DNA of 64,000 bases, taken from Neoechinorhynchus agilis. Lineage: Eukaryota > Animalia > Acanthocephala. Location: the NCBI GenBank assembly GCA_051530055.1, contig CM121342.1, forward strand, positions 7,112,864 through 7,176,863, written 5' to 3'. Shown in pieces: positions 1 to 13,061 of this stretch (the stretch's first letter is position 1; the number at the start of each line of letters is the position of its first letter). Below the pieces are notes generated by a model, which saw nothing but the letters and a program-made list of their open reading frames with translations, ran no database searches and was not told the origin of the DNA. The translations under genes and the position numbers were made by a program.

Positions 1-187
1 CTTCACCCCAAAGATTAAGCGCCTCCACGAAATCTTCATCCAAGGTGTAATTCGCGCCAAGAAAAGACTGAACTATCCTGCGGTTTGCTTCATACGATCC
101 CAAGTAAGCTGGCAGAGAAATATCGGCTATATTTCGGATAAATAAACCGCCGGACGACACAGGCAAGGACGTTTGACGCCCGGCCTC
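1..187 (-). mobile_element. Fragment of a CRE-clade (RLE-type) non-LTR retrotransposon, region C-terminal to the RT core
   Basis: Minus frame reads EAGRQTSLPVSSGGLFIRNIADISLPAYLGS, matching the QASLP..GGLG.R....ALPA.LAS motif of CRE-like ORFs; cut by the window edge. Confidence 0.6.
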
Positions 188-419
188 GTGTGACATCTGA
201 GATGTACAAAAGTCTTGTAAAGCTGGGATTTAGGAATTTGTATATTATTTGTAGCATGAAAATTTGTACAAATACTTTAGTAAGCTACAAATCGTTTATA
301 GGTGAAAGATTCTCGAATGTTGACTACAACGTTTTTCTTTTAAGGTAACCTCTTTTATAAATATTAGGAAATCTCCGCAGCGTGATTAATTCAAGCTTTT
401 ATGAATTTATCGATTTAAT

Positions 420-1310
420 ATGTTCGTTTTTGTCATGCTTTGAGTGTATACTGCTGAGGCCGGTTCCACTGCTCACGTTCATCGACTGTAGTTAACCAGA
501 AGCTTATCTTATTGGCATAAAACATGACCTGTCCAGTTGTACCGGAACATTCGATAAATGAAGTGGTCCTGAAATCTTAAAGGCAATTTCCTGGGCTTAA
601 TAGAGACTGACCTCCGCCTTGACTACCACGAGCCAAATGCGAAAAAAAACCAGCCTTGCCATTACAGAACTGTAGCTTTGCCATTCCCATTCACCTGGAC
701 AACTAGGCACTTGCATTGACATGCTGTGGACGGCACAACGACTGATATATGGTCTAATCAATTCATTTTCTACTGGTATCATTGGCATTTGCTCATTTGT
801 AGATAAATAATAGGTCACATCGTTGGTTTGACCGTAGTAGCAAACGTTTGTCTGATCAAGGAAAACTTCTACGTACATGATCCGTCAGATCCCAAATCTT
901 GCTCATATCCATATTCATTTGCATGAATCATCAAAAGACTGTATCCGTCTCATGCTTTTATTGTTCCCGGCGGGCAGAAAGGAATTTGTCGTCGATTGAG
1001 AATGACAAGTCAACATAAACCCAGTACGCTGCGGGCTGGCTCCATGTGAACCAGGAAACCCGGAGAATCAGGCTGACCAGGCAAGCCAGGGGAACCCGTC
1101 ATACCTGCCAATCCAGGCTCTCTTTTTTCTCCAATTCGACTTACCAAACCTGGTTACCGGGCAATCCAGGACTGCCGTGCATACCAAGAGATCCAACAAC
1201 ACCAGGCGAACCCGGAAATCCTCCTTCAGCTTTAGCATCTTTGTCTCCTTTAACAGATGGTCCAGATCCACACAACCCAGTTGTTCCGGGTAATCCTGAA
1301 ACAGAATGCC
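420..1310 (-). pseudogene. COL4A: Type IV collagen alpha-chain pseudogene (end of Gly-X-Y plus both halves of the NC1 domain)
   Basis: Minus strand gives Gly-X-Y repeats, then TGFMLTCHSQS, GYSLLMIHANEYGYEQDLGSDGSC, NVCYYGQTNDVTYYLSTNEQMPM...[42 protein letters not shown] and [12 protein letters not shown]...YTLKA*. There are several frameshifts, short deletions and in-frame stops. Confidence 0.85.
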
Positions 1311-1894
1311 AAATTTGGATTTTTTGTTCTGACTTCTTGATTCGTAGTTAAAAGTCCAGTTAATAATTGCTTATGAGTGTGATTTTAAAATCGGTTTAAG
1401 CGATTTAAAAGATCTATATAACACTTCTAATCATATACTCGGGTACTTTCTCACATATCGACATTTTAATGTGTTACTCCTGTTTCAAAAGCTTCACAAC
1501 AAGCAAGTGTGGTAGGCAGATATTGTTCAAGGATTAGCTTTGTTTATTGTGTTATAATGCAATTAAATATCAAATCGTCGTGACAAATGTACGCATTTCT
1601 AAAGTTATTTACCATATAAACATCGCAATAAACTAATTTTGCGGTCAAAGATACGAATATTGCGCGATTCACTCTTCGCTATATCTCGGCTATTGAATCT
1701 TCGGAGTTTTCGATTTAACCCAAAAATATAGCGATTTTAAATTAGTAAGCGCTTACATTTTATCTTTCAATAAACGACATTTAACTTCAATTTTTAACTT
1801 GTTATTTAATCTTTCTTTTTTGGAAGTATTCTAAATGCTTCAGCACCTGTTTGAAGTTCAATAATCTATATAATACGTTTATTGAAAATACAAA

Positions 1895-2150
1895 GAAAGG
1901 TTTGGGAGGACCCATGTACTTTGGGTCCTCATCCGTTAATATGGGAATATGCAGTCGAGGGATGTCCGTTCGGGAGGTAATATCTGATCGGAGGGATGTC
2001 TATTCGGCTAGGAACTATCCAGTCGGGGACGGTTCGTTCAGGTGAGAATATCCGGCTGGGTTGGAAGGTTTGTTCTGGTGGGAATTGGTGTTTATTGCGT
2101 GCAGGAGCGCTTGTAAGGTTGGTCTTTCCTCAGAATCATTTCAGGTTTTT
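1895..2150 (-). repeat. Dispersed repeat family X
   Basis: Shares GACCCATGTAC/GGTTGGAAGG/TTCTGGTGGGAATT blocks with 39430-39610, and shares TGAAATGA..CTGAGGAAAGACCAACCTT.CAAGCGCTCCT with the monomer of the 51.6-52.4 kb array. Confidence 0.7.
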
Positions 2151-2547
2151 AATAAAATTTAACCTTTTCAATAATAGCATCGCACTGAAAAATGTCATCA
2201 AACCGATCAATCTGTATCGACACGATTAAATCGTCAGAAAATATTACAAATTGAACATGTGCATTTGGTTAAATTAATATTTTCTTCTTAGTTCCACATA
2301 TGTAGCCCATCGGAAGGCACAACTAATCAATTAAGCCGTTCAATTATAGACATAAACCACATATTTAAAGATTAGTTGCGGGAAACTTGCGGACGGATGG
2401 TGTGAAGATAAACTTTTCTGGCATAATTCTTAGCATTTATTCTTCACTCATCAGACTTAAGTCTCAGCTGCCACTCTACGATAGCTCAAACATTAAGTAA
2501 TCAAAAAATAATAATCTATTAATATATTTCCGAAATACCGTAGGATA

Positions 2548-5181
2548 AAACGAGTAATGGTTGTTTTGGAGAACTACAATTGATTATTTATTAAATTCAA
2601 TATTTCGATAACCTATCTTGGGTTTTGTTCAGAATTGTTTGCGCGTCGTAAACACTTGCAAATAATTCTGAAGAAGATCCAATATAGGGGATCCAAATAT
2701 TGAATTCAATAAATAATCAATTGTGGTTATCTAAAACAACCAACAAACTATGAATCATCTTTTCAATCAAACGAGTATTCCCAATGACGGATTGTTACAC
2801 ACTCGAACTTTATTATTGATATCTCCATTGCGAATTTTCAAGGAACTCGAACAATTGGATAGAAAGAAACGAGTATTGTACTAAAATGGCACTTCTATGG
2901 GCAGGATTTCATGTCCCATCGACAGATCAGGCGGTAAAGTCCGTCTTATTTGATGGCTCAAATACACACCTAAACTGAAGACTAACCGATAACAAATCAA
3001 ATAGCACAAACGAGTAATGGTTGTTTTGGAGAACTACAATTGATTATTTATTAAATTCAATATTTCGATAACCTATCTTGGGTTTTGTTCAGAATTGTTT
3101 GCGCGTCGTAAACACTTGCAAATAATTCTGAAGAAGATCCAAGATGGGGGATCGAAATATTGAATTCAATAAATAATCAATTGTGGTTATCTAAAACAAC
3201 CAACAAACTATGAATCATCTTTTCAATCAAACGAGTATTCTCAATGACGAATTGTTACACACTCGAACTTTATTATTGATATCTTCATTGCGAATTTTCA
3301 AGGAACTCGAACAATTGGATAGAAAGAAACGAGTATTGTACTAAAATGGCACTTCTATGGGCAGGATTTCATGTCCCATCGACAGATCAGGCGGTAAAGT
3401 CCGTCTTATTTGATGGCTCAAATACACACCTAAACTGAAGACTAACCGATAACAAATCAAATAGCACAAACGAGTAATGGTTGTTTTGGAGAACTACAAT
3501 TGATTATTTATTAAATTCAATATTTCGATAACCTATCTTGGATTTTGTTCAGAATTGTTTGCGCGTCGTAAACACTTGCAAATAATTCTGAAGAAGATCC
3601 AAGATGGGGGATGAAATATTGAATTCAATAAATAATCAATTGTGGTTATCTAAAACAACCAACAAACTATGAATCATCTTTTCAATCAAACGAGTATTCC
3701 CAATGACGAATTGTTACACACTCGAACTTTATTATTGATATCTTCATTGCGAATTTTCAAGGAACTCGAACAATTGGATAGAAAGAAACGAGTATTGTAC
3801 TAAAATGGCACTTCTATGGGCAGGATTTCATGTCCCATCGACAGATCAGGCGGTAAAGTCCGTCTTATTTGATGGCTCAAATACACACCTAAACTGAAGA
3901 CTAACCGATAACAAATCAAATAGCACAAACGAGTAATGGTTGTTTTGGAGAACTACAATTGATTATTTATTAAATTCAATATTTCGATAACCTATCTTGG
4001 ATTTTGTTCAGAATTGTTTGCGCGTCGTAAACACTTGCAAATAATTCTGAAGAAGATCCAAGATAGGGGATCGAAATATTGAATTGAATAAATAATCAAT
4101 TGTAGTTCTCTAAAACAACCAACAAACTATGAATCATCTTTTCAATCAAACGAGTATTCCCAATGACGAATTGTTACACACTCGAACTTTATTATTGATA
4201 TCTCCATTGCGAATTTTCAAGGAACTCGAACAATTGGATAGAAAGAAACGAGTATTGTACTAAAATGGCACTTCTATGGGCAGGATTTCATGTCCCATCG
4301 ACAGATCAGGCGGTAAAGTCCGTCTTATTTGATGGCTCAAATACACACCTAAACTGAAGACTAACCGATAACAAATCAAATAGCACAAACGAGTAATGGT
4401 TGTTTTGGAGAACTACAATTGATTATTTATTAAATTCAATATTTCGATAACCTATCTTGGATTTTGTTCAGAATTGTTTGCGCGTCGTAAACACTTGCAA
4501 ATAATTCTGAAGAAGATCCAAGATAGGGGATCGAAATATTGAATTCAATAAATAATCAATTGTGGTTATCTAAAACAACCAACAAACTATGAATCATCTT
4601 TTCAATCAAACGAGTATTCCAATGACGAATTGTTACACACTCGAACTTTATTATTGATATCTCATTGCGAATTTTCAAGGAACTCGAACAATTGGATAGA
4701 AAGAAACGAGTATTGTACTAAAATGGCACTTCTATGGGCAGGATTTCATGTCCCATCGAAGATCAGGCGTAAAGTCCGTCTTATTTGATGGCTCAAATAC
4801 ACACCTAAACTGAAATAACCGATAACAAATCAAATAGCACAACGAGTAATGGTTGTTTTGGAGAACTACAATTGATTATTTATTAAATTCAATATTTCGA
4901 TAACCTATCTTGGATTTTGTTCAGAATTGTTTGCGCGTCGTAAACACTTGCAAATAATTCTGAAGAAGATCCAAGATGGGGGATCGAAATATTGAATTGA
5001 ATAAATAATCAATTGTGGTTATCTAAAACAACCAACAAACTATGAATCATCTTTTCAATCAAACGAGTATTCCCAATGACGAATTGTTACACACTCGAAC
5101 TTTATTATTGATATCTTCATTGCGAATTTTCAAGGAACTCGAACAATTGGATAGAAAGAAACGAGTATTGTACTAAAATGG
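2548..5181. repeat. Tandem array A, ~460-bp unit, ~5.7 copies; each unit holds a ~190-bp foldback hairpin
   Basis: CGAGTAATGGTTGTTTTGG recurs at 2551, 3011, 3471, 3930, 4390 and 4843. Internal arms are GTTGTTTTGG...TTCAATATTTCGAT and ATCGAAATATTGAA...CTAAAACAAC. Confidence 0.97.
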
Positions 5182-5412
5182 CAGTATCGTCCATTTCGAT
5201 TCTTTCGTTCACGCGTGTAATCAAGACGCCATAAAGAAATTCAAAAGAAAAGGTTCCCTTGTGATCATATGACTTTGTCCCGTTCACAAGTACGTGAGAA
5301 TCGTTTAATTTAAAAAACTCACGACAACGGCCCCCAAAGTTTTTGTTGTTGTACACAAACAACCACACAACACGGTCAAACGTTTTTTTATGGTCCCAGA
5401 ACATTCGCAAAA

Positions 5413-5841
5413 TCAATGTTGTCTCAAGTCTTGCAATGGTTCTCCTTCCTCGCTGGTTAACCGCGATAAACTGCTTCGATGCGTACGGTCAGCGCTATGG
5501 CGACGATATCGCCTTCTACTTCCACCTCGTCTTAAAATCCAAAACGAAACAAACAAAAACATTGCCATCAATGCGCCGGCTGACATTGTGACGTAGACCA
5601 GTCTCGAAAATCGAGTTTTGGGTGAAACGGCGCCATCCAACACTTCAACACGTCTGTCAACCGATCTTGAAGCTTCCATGGTTGTCGTATTGTCCACCTC
5701 CAAAGAAGGCGCCGTAGAAATGGTTGAAAGTGTCGAAGACTTTAATGTTGTTGCAATGTAGGTTTTGTTGGTGTTTTCATCATTTTGATCTTGACATGAA
5801 ACCAAGTAGATGATCAAAGCAAACGCCAATCTCAACTTCAT
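5413..5841 (-). CDS. Hypothetical single-pass type I membrane protein (~142 aa)
   Basis: Signal peptide MKLRLAFALIIYLVSC, Thr/Ser-rich ectodomain, transmembrane stretch LVYVTMSAGALMAMFLFVSFWIL, then a basic stop-transfer sequence (RRGGSRRR). Confidence 0.6.
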   Translation of the reverse strand: MKLRLAFALIIYLVSCQDQNDENTNKTYIATTLKSSTLSTISTAPSLEVDNTTTMEASRSVDRRVEVLDGAVSPKTRFSRLVYVTMSAGALMAMFLFVSFWILRRGGSRRRYRRHSADRTHRSSLSRLTSEEGEPLQDLRQH

Positions 5842-6164
5842 GATAATGCAGCGGAATAAAGGACAACGGCGCAAGTGTCAAAATACGTCAAGGTCATGCG
5901 CGTTTGTGTTCTTCCGTATAAATCGGAGGGTCTTTTATTCCAATGACGTTTTGCATCGCCTTCATTGTAGAGCTGATTTGCGCCGTTCATTGGACTCCGT
6001 GATCGGCTGTGTGACGTAATTTGTAGAATTCTTTGGACACAAAAAACCTTTTAAATCGTAGATTAGACGTTTATTCTTTTTTGTCTTTTGATTTTGCAGT
6101 GTTTCCCTTTTTAAAAGATAAATAAACTATAATTGTTCGAAATTCAAGATTAATTTTATTTCGG

Positions 6165-6354
6165 TGTGTGGCCTTTTATTACACGGCTGTTAATTTTTTT
6201 TGGGCACACAGCCCACCGACCTGGTTTCCTCCTCCCCTGGAGGTATCTGAGGATCCGAAGGAATGTAGAAACTCATAACCGTATTTTTCAGGGTATTGAG
6301 TGATTTTATTTGCTTCCCTGGAAAATTATCAGCCGTGTAATAAAAGTCCACACA
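6165..6354. mobile_element. MITE with ~25-30 bp terminal inverted repeats
   Basis: Ends are TGTGTGGCCTTTTATTACACGGCTG and CAGCCGTGTAATAAAAGTCCACACA. The internal GGAGGTATCTGAGGATCC module recurs at ~13088, ~13455 (reverse), ~13950 (reverse) and ~40225; a lone TIR lies at ~36860-36892. Confidence 0.8.
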
Positions 6355-6823
6355 TTTATACAGTTACCGGCTGCTGGCCAATTTTCATAAAAAATTAATT
6401 TTATTGTTTCTAGTAACGACTTTGTTTTACTTCCATGTACGGTATTAATCCTGATTTTAAAGTATTAACTTTCATTCAGGCTTGGAAGCTGCTTCCATTG
6501 TTAAATAATCTTTAAGGATCGAAGACTGGACCTTTAAATTGTGTCGATTTATGCTTTATGCATTGAGTTTCATGACTTTTCCGTTTTGAGCATTGCTCAA
6601 TTTAATATAATTTCGAAAAGTGTTCAGAAACAGTCCACATTCTACACCCAGATCGGTAATGCCATCGACAATATGATCTGAAGAGTAAATTGAACCGGAT
6701 TACTTCCCCCTAAATATCCAGTGCTCTTAATGAAATTAATAATGCATAATATGAATTTTATATTAGTTTATTTTCAAGATCAGAAAAGTTTCATTAAAAT
6801 ATATAAGTCGAGAGCTTTTTGCA

Positions 6824-7043
6824 GATGTGGAAATGGGGAAAAATTATATATCAAAGAATCATTTTTAATTGAGATATTTCGTCCAATCACGTTGGACTTC
6901 TTCAGTCAATTATTGTATTCGAAAAGCTTACTCGAATTTTTTCTTCGAAAACAATAATTGACTGAAGAAGTCCAGTTTGATTGGACGAAATATTTCAATT
7001 AAAAATGATTTTTTGATATATAATTTTTCCCCATTTCCACATA
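6824..7043. repeat. 220-bp near-perfect palindrome (foldback/MITE-like) with GA...TA ends
   Basis: Left arm ATGTGGAAATGGGGAAAAATTATATATC...CAGTCAATTATTGT mirrors right arm ACAATAATTGACTG...GATATATAATTTTTCCCCATTTCCACAT, with a short loop. Confidence 0.9.
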
Positions 7044-8900
7044 CTCATGGATTTTATCTTTGGCTAGCTTTTTGCAGAGTCAATCGAAGTGTTTCTCCTT
7101 GGGTTTTTTGTCGATATTCTGATATAACAGATTTTATTGGATCGATATATTTCAATAAAATGTTTTCTACATTGAGGATTTTCTCTCTCGATGGGTAGAA
7201 TTGATGTTTAAACTCATGACAAACCTCATGTATGAGACTAAATCGTATATTTGCGAATTTTAAACATTGAATAACTCGATGAATGATCGTTAAAACGCCA
7301 CAAATTACTATTGCGCGACTACATTCTCCCGCCAGAATATTAGAAACCCAGCGAGGAAATGTAGCTAGCTTAAGGGGATAACTGCGACTCTGATATGATT
7401 CTTTTATAAATTTAATTTGTCAATTTTTTTATGTTTAGCCAACGGAGCTCCTTGGAGTCGCTTTTATAGTTTCATGAAAAGAATTAGTTTAAAGCAAGAC
7501 AATGTAGGCATCTTGATGACTCCTAGATTTTCACCGTTAACCAAAATCCAACAATGGAACGAAAAAGTATTGAATTTGGGTTTTTTTTCAACAAGTTATT
7601 CAGAAGGTGTATGTAATTGAGTGCTTTTCAGTATTAAAAATACCCTGGAACGTCCATTATTTGAAGAGTGGGGTGTCCTTTGTCGACTATTTTATTTTCA
7701 GGATCTGTATGATTATTAATCCGATTTCTCAAACCTTCCCTGATGCAAATAAAAATCCTTTATCTCAAGAATTTCCTTACCACTGTTTCGACTCCGTAAA
7801 TATTTATCATTGACACACGAGAAGAATATAAAAAGGATCACTGAACAGCTTGAAGTATTTGTTATTTCATTGATTTCTTTGTTTTAAAACAACAATTGCT
7901 ACTGCACTCTTTTTTTATGATACGTTTTGAGGACGTTTGATGATTTTCGTTATTTACTTCGGTTGCAAGCCTCTCGATGGCTCTGATCAGCCCTTTAGTT
8001 AAATGAATGAAGTCGAGTAGTTCAGAGGGACACGTAATCCGAAACGTGAATTATCGGGGTATTTTTTACGATCTTTTATTTATCTTAAATCGCATACACT
8101 CAGGGCTTCACGGCATGTCTTTGGAAGCCTCTTGGCTAACTCGCACACTTCGGAAGCGCTCAGCCGCACTGGAAGGATGAGCGATCTCAAACCTGACCTC
8201 ACCCTTCCAGCAGCCTAGCGACCAGCGGACTTGAACCATCGACATATTGAACGCATTTTGAACGCGCACTACTGTTTTCCGATCTTATCAAAGAAAACGA
8301 ATTTATAGGGTTTTTTGGGGTAATGGTTATAATCCATAACGTTAATTTTATCCCAATTGTTGTTCGTGTCGTTGCTAGAAGAAGATCAAATAAGTGATTA
8401 TTTTCCGACCAAAAAGCTCTCACCCGAATGTTAAGAACTTTGATATTTATGGTCGATTTAAAAAAAAACACATCAAATTGGGGGTTTTGGGTTATTCTAA
8501 ACGGATTTCGCATCCGAGTGATGTTCGATCTCAATTAATTGGCGCAAATCGAATTTTCAGACCATAGTTTTAATGCAGAGAAATTTTGTGGTAAGATTGA
8601 ACGGTAAACATGGTCAAAACAAACAATAGATTGTTATATCACATTAAACATTTCTTCAAGAGCTGTGGATGTGAAAAATTGGCGTTTAATTTCAACAAAA
8701 AGCCATTTTGAACAGCAACACTCTCATTCGGTTTTATTCTCACGAACTATTTTTTTTGGTTAGTGTACGTGCGAAACGGTTGAAACGGAGAGAGAGCGAC
8801 ACACGCAGAGAAGATGTGAGTGCGCAGTGTATTTTTGTTTAAAGGAGGTTGATTGAACGCTTTTGTTTGTTTTTGTTGGTAATACAACTCTGCGACGGAT

Positions 8901-10298
8901 TTATATGGCCGTTTCATCTTTGATACTATTAAAGTCTGAGCCGGTAGAGCTGATACCGCTCGTGTCAACGACTGCGTTTTTCGAGAACGACGTGTTCGGT
9001 GAGTTTGCGTTCATGGCTTGAGCGAGTATTCGATATTGTTCAAGGGCTGGGATTTTCTCAATTGTTTCACGGCTCAAAAGGTTCATGTCGATACGAGCAG
9101 GTCTCTGAAACGTATCATGGCAGAATATGACTCGTTTGGGAGTAGCAATGATTGAGACGGGTAAGTCGTGTTCGGTCATCAATGAGCCGGGCAGATCGGT
9201 CACGAGTTGGCTTTCATGGACGATGGTTGCGATAACAGTTCGTTCAGACACGGCTCCCAATTGAGCCATAAGTGCGTATTCGAGATCGGCGTATCCGGCT
9301 CCTTCTCCGATTCGTGCGCCAGTCATTGGATTCACTGCAACCGATCCAACGATCATAAGATCGACATGGACGTTTCCCAGAGCATTAACACTAAGAACTG
9401 ATCCGAGTGAAGCCGCGCCAGCTTGTGTACTGGCTCGTTGGATTTGTTTTCGACTTAAAAACTTGGGATCGACTTTATAGAATGGAGCTGATTTCCAATC
9501 CGGTGAAGGCATTAGAAGAACCTTTTGACTTGCCAAAATAAGGAACCTTGCATGTTCATGAGCTGAACTTGGATTAACTTTGACAACTCGAGCCTGTTTG
9601 AAAACGCATAGTGCAGCGAGATTCTCAGCGGCCATTTCTCGTTGTTTGAAACTGGGAACATGATGATGGCATGGACGTGGAAATGCGGTTTCTTGTTTCT
9701 GTTCCATCAAATCCCAAACCAGCATTCTATATTTTTGTTTGGTTTCATCCACTACGTTGTCTAGTTCATAGGAAGCGTTCATGAACGGACGCGTTTGTTC
9801 GGTCCATTCGCAGATGAGCTGAAGGTTATGGCTGATTCCGGGCTGTTTGAAGATTTTGTCAACTGGAATAAGGCGTTCTCGGATATCACGAAGACTAATC
9901 CAAAAGTAATAGAACGACGATCTTCGTTGATTTTCCACGGGTTTGTTTAGGTCATAGGAAGCGACGTGTTGAACCAAGAAAGCGCATATACACACATCGG
10001 CCGTTTCTCCGAGGCTATAGAACCTTACTCGGTTCTTGAATTCGGGAAGCATCTTCTCTTCTATGGCAGATTCGGTGTCTTCGAACGAAAGACAGCCAGA
10101 AATACGACGGAGGACAGGGTGTTGGGTGATTAGGGAACACACCGTCGCCACGGACCCAGTGGGCAAAACCGTCTCCGTCCATGCCGTCAACGCGTACTCA
10201 CGAATCGAACTATCCTTTACTTTCGCAACAAAGTCGTATTGGAGAAGCACGTGCGCTTGTTCACAAAGTGACGTCACTGGAAGCAAGACAAGTCGCAT
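8901..10298 (-). CDS. MTHFSD: Methenyltetrahydrofolate synthetase domain-containing protein with an extra ~185-aa N-terminal region; intronless
   Basis: KQKYRMLVWDLME...FPRPCHHHVPSF, VKVNPS, VDLMIVGSVAVNPMTGARIGEGAGYADLEYA and HDLPVSIIATP are 5-FTHF cyclo-ligase/MTHFSD motifs. Confidence 0.85.
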   Translation of the reverse strand: MRLVLLPVTSLCEQAHVLLQYDFVAKVKDSSIREYALTAWTETVLPTGSVATVCSLITQHPVLRRISGCLSFEDTESAIEEKMLPEFKNRVRFYSLGETADVCICAFLVQHVASYDLNKPVENQRRSSFYYFWISLRDIRERLIPVDKIFKQPGISHNLQLICEWTEQTRPFMNASYELDNVVDETKQKYRMLVWDLMEQKQETAFPRPCHHHVPSFKQREMAAENLAALCVFKQARVVKVNPSSAHEHARFLILASQKVLLMPSPDWKSAPFYKVDPKFLSRKQIQRASTQAGAASLGSVLSVNALGNVHVDLMIVGSVAVNPMTGARIGEGAGYADLEYALMAQLGAVSERTVIATIVHESQLVTDLPGSLMTEHDLPVSIIATPKRVIFCHDTFQRPARIDMNLLSRETIEKIPALEQYRILAQAMNANSPNTSFSKNAVVDTSGISSTGSDFNSIKDETAI

Positions 10299-10639
10299 CT
10301 TTCTAGAAAGAAAGGACGTCTCAGTTTACACTCACCAATAAAATACATCCATGACAATGCGCGCGCCACCACGAAACAAAAACGTTATCCAAAACACACA
10401 AACTCATAAACACCCCTTTCTTCTTCCTCGTTCATTGCGCTCATTCGTGCGTTGTCAACACACACACACAAAAATCATGACGTTCATTGGAGCTGGAAGA
10501 ATCTAGTCTTTTGCACGAAAGCTTAATTCGATACGGCGCCGACTTTTGCTCAAAATGAAGCGAATAGTGAAATTGTACGGGGTAGTATCAAGCTGTTTTT
10601 GTAGTTATTTTTAAAAATGAACCAAATTTGACGAATCAG

Positions 10640-13025
10640 ACAACTTTCGCCTTTTTTAACGTTAGAAAAAGCGAGGCTCCTTTTCTCCGATGAAAACTTT
10701 TGAGTAACATGGAGACGTCATCGGCAAATGCCGTTTTCGTGATGGGAACGCTTTCGTGCGAATTTATGACGTCATTTTAATAAGGATTTCGCAACTGTCG
10801 AATCGACTACGTCATCCGCTCTCTTCAAATACGAATCTTAACGTTCGTCCACAGTTTCAACGTTCGCTCACGATCCAAAGTCAAAAGTTCCAGCATCACT
10901 TTTTTTGTAACTACGCAAAATTAAAGAACTTTCGTCTTTTTAACGTTAGAAAAAGCGAAGCTCCTTTTCAAGTGAAAACTTTAAGTAACATGGAGACGTC
11001 ATCGGCAAATGCCGTTTTCGTGATGGGAACGATTTCGTGCGAATTTATGACGTCATTTTAATAAGGATTTCGCAACTGTCGAATCGACTACGTCATCCGC
11101 TCTCTTCAAATACGAATCTTAATGTTCGTCTCGCAGTTCAACATTCGCTCACGATCCAAAGTTCCAGCATCACTTCTTTTATAACTATGCAAAATTAAAG
11201 AACTTTCGCCTTTTTAAACGTTAGAAAAAGCGAAGCTCCTTTTCTCTGATGAAAACTTTTGAGTAACATGGAGACGTCATCGGGCAAATGCCGTTTTCGC
11301 GGTGCGAACGATTTCGTGCGAATTTATGACGTCATTTTAACAAGGATTTCGCAACTGTCGAATCGACTACGTCATCCGCTATCTCTTCAAATACGAATCT
11401 TAATGTTCGTCTCGCAGTTCAACGTTCGCTTATGATCAAAAGTTCCAGCGTCACTTTTTTTTGTAACTACGCAAAATTAAAGAACTTTCACCTTTTTTAA
11501 CGTTAGAAAAAGCGAAGCTCCTTTTCTCCGATGAAAAACTTTTGAGTAACATGGAGACGTCGTCGGCAAATGCCGTTTTCCGTGATGGGAACGATTTCAT
11601 TTTTTCGAATTTATGACGTCATTTTAATAAGGATTTCGCAACTGCCGAATCGACTACGTCATCCGCTCTCTTCAAATACGAATCTTAATGTTCGTCTCGC
11701 AGTTCAAAGTTCGCTTACGATCCAAAGTTCAAGCGTCACTTTTTTTATAACTACGCAAAATTAAAGAACTTTCGCCTTTTTTAACGTTAGAAAAAGCGAA
11801 GCTCCTTTTCTCTGATGAAAACTTTTGAGTAACATGGAGACGTCATCGGCAAATGCCGTTTTCGTGATGGGAACGATTTCGTGCGAATTTATGACGTCAT
11901 ATTAATAAGGATTTCGCAACTGTCGAATCGACTACGTCATCCGCTCTCTTCAAATACGAATCTTAATGTTCGTCTCGCAGTTCAACGTTCGCTTACGATC
12001 CAAAGTTCCAGCATCACTTTTTTTATAACTATGCAAAATTAAAGAACTTTCGCCTTTTTTAACGTTAGAAAAAACGAAGCTCCTTTTCTCTGATGAAAAC
12101 TTTTGAGTAACATGGAGACGTCATCGGCAAATGCCGTTTTCGTGATGGGAACGATTTCGTGCGAATTTATGACGTCATTTTAATAAGGATTTCGCAACTG
12201 TCGAATCGACTACGTCATCCGCTATCTCTTCAAATACGAATCTTAATGTTCGTCTCGCAGTTCAACGTTCGCTTACGATCCAAAGTTCCAGCGTCACTTT
12301 TTTTGTAACTACGCAAAATTAAAGAACTTTCGTCTTTTTTAACGTTAGAAAAAGTTAAGCTCCTTTTCTCTGATGAAAACTCGCAACCTGTCGAATCGAC
12401 TTTTTTGTAACTACGCAAAATTAAAGAACTTTCGTCTTTTTTAACGTTAGAAAAAGTTAAGCTCCTTTTCTCTGATGAAAACTTTTTAATTAACATGGAG
12501 ACGTCATCGGCAAATGCCGTTTTCGTGATGGGAACGATTTCGTGCGAATTTATGACGTCGTTTTAATAAGGATTTCGCAACTGTCGAATCGACTACGTCA
12601 TCCGCTATCTCTTCAAATACGAATCTTAATGTTCGTCTCGCAGTTCAACGTTCGCTTATGATCAAAAGTTCCAGCGTCACTTTTTTTGTAACTACGCAAA
12701 ATTAAAGAACTTTCGTCTTTTTAACGTTAGAAAAAGCGAAGCTCCTTTTCTCTCTGATGAAAACTTTTAAGTAACATGGAGACGTCATCGGCAAATGCCG
12801 TTTTCGTGATGGGAACGATTTCGTGCGAATTTATGACGTCATTTTAATAAGGATTTCGCTACTGTCGAATCGACTACGTCATCCGCTCTCTTCAAATACG
12901 AATCTTAATGTTCGTCTCGCAGTTCAACGTTCGCTCACGATCCAAAGTTCCAGCATCACTTTTTTTGTAGCTACGCAAAATTAAAGAACTTTCGTCTTTT
13001 TAACGTTAGAAAGAGCGAAGATTCT
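10640..13025. repeat. Tandem array B, ~280-bp unit, ~8.5 copies
   Basis: CATGGAGACGTC recurs at ~10709, 10989, 11267, 11550, 11833, 12112, 12492 (after a partial internal duplication) and 12775. Confidence 0.97.
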
Positions 13026-13061
13026 TTTTTGCTCCGAAACCCTGATTCAGGGTAAAGGGTT

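Noticed and set aside
420-1310. In-frame stops at conserved collagen positions suggesting stop-codon reassignment
   Set aside because: The same fragment has frameshifts and deletions, and long intact genes such as HDAC1 and MTHFSD have no internal stops. It is a pseudogene under the standard code.
1046-1351. Plus-strand Pro/Gly-rich ORF and other antisense ORFs over HDAC1, PXDN, FBXW7, RING1 and MTHFSD
   Set aside because: These are shadow frames of real genes or pseudogenes on the opposite strand or in another frame.
10756-12496. ORFs inside satellite arrays B, G and H, and ORF 5117-5416 running into array A
   Set aside because: They derive from repeat sequence and have no recognisable domains.
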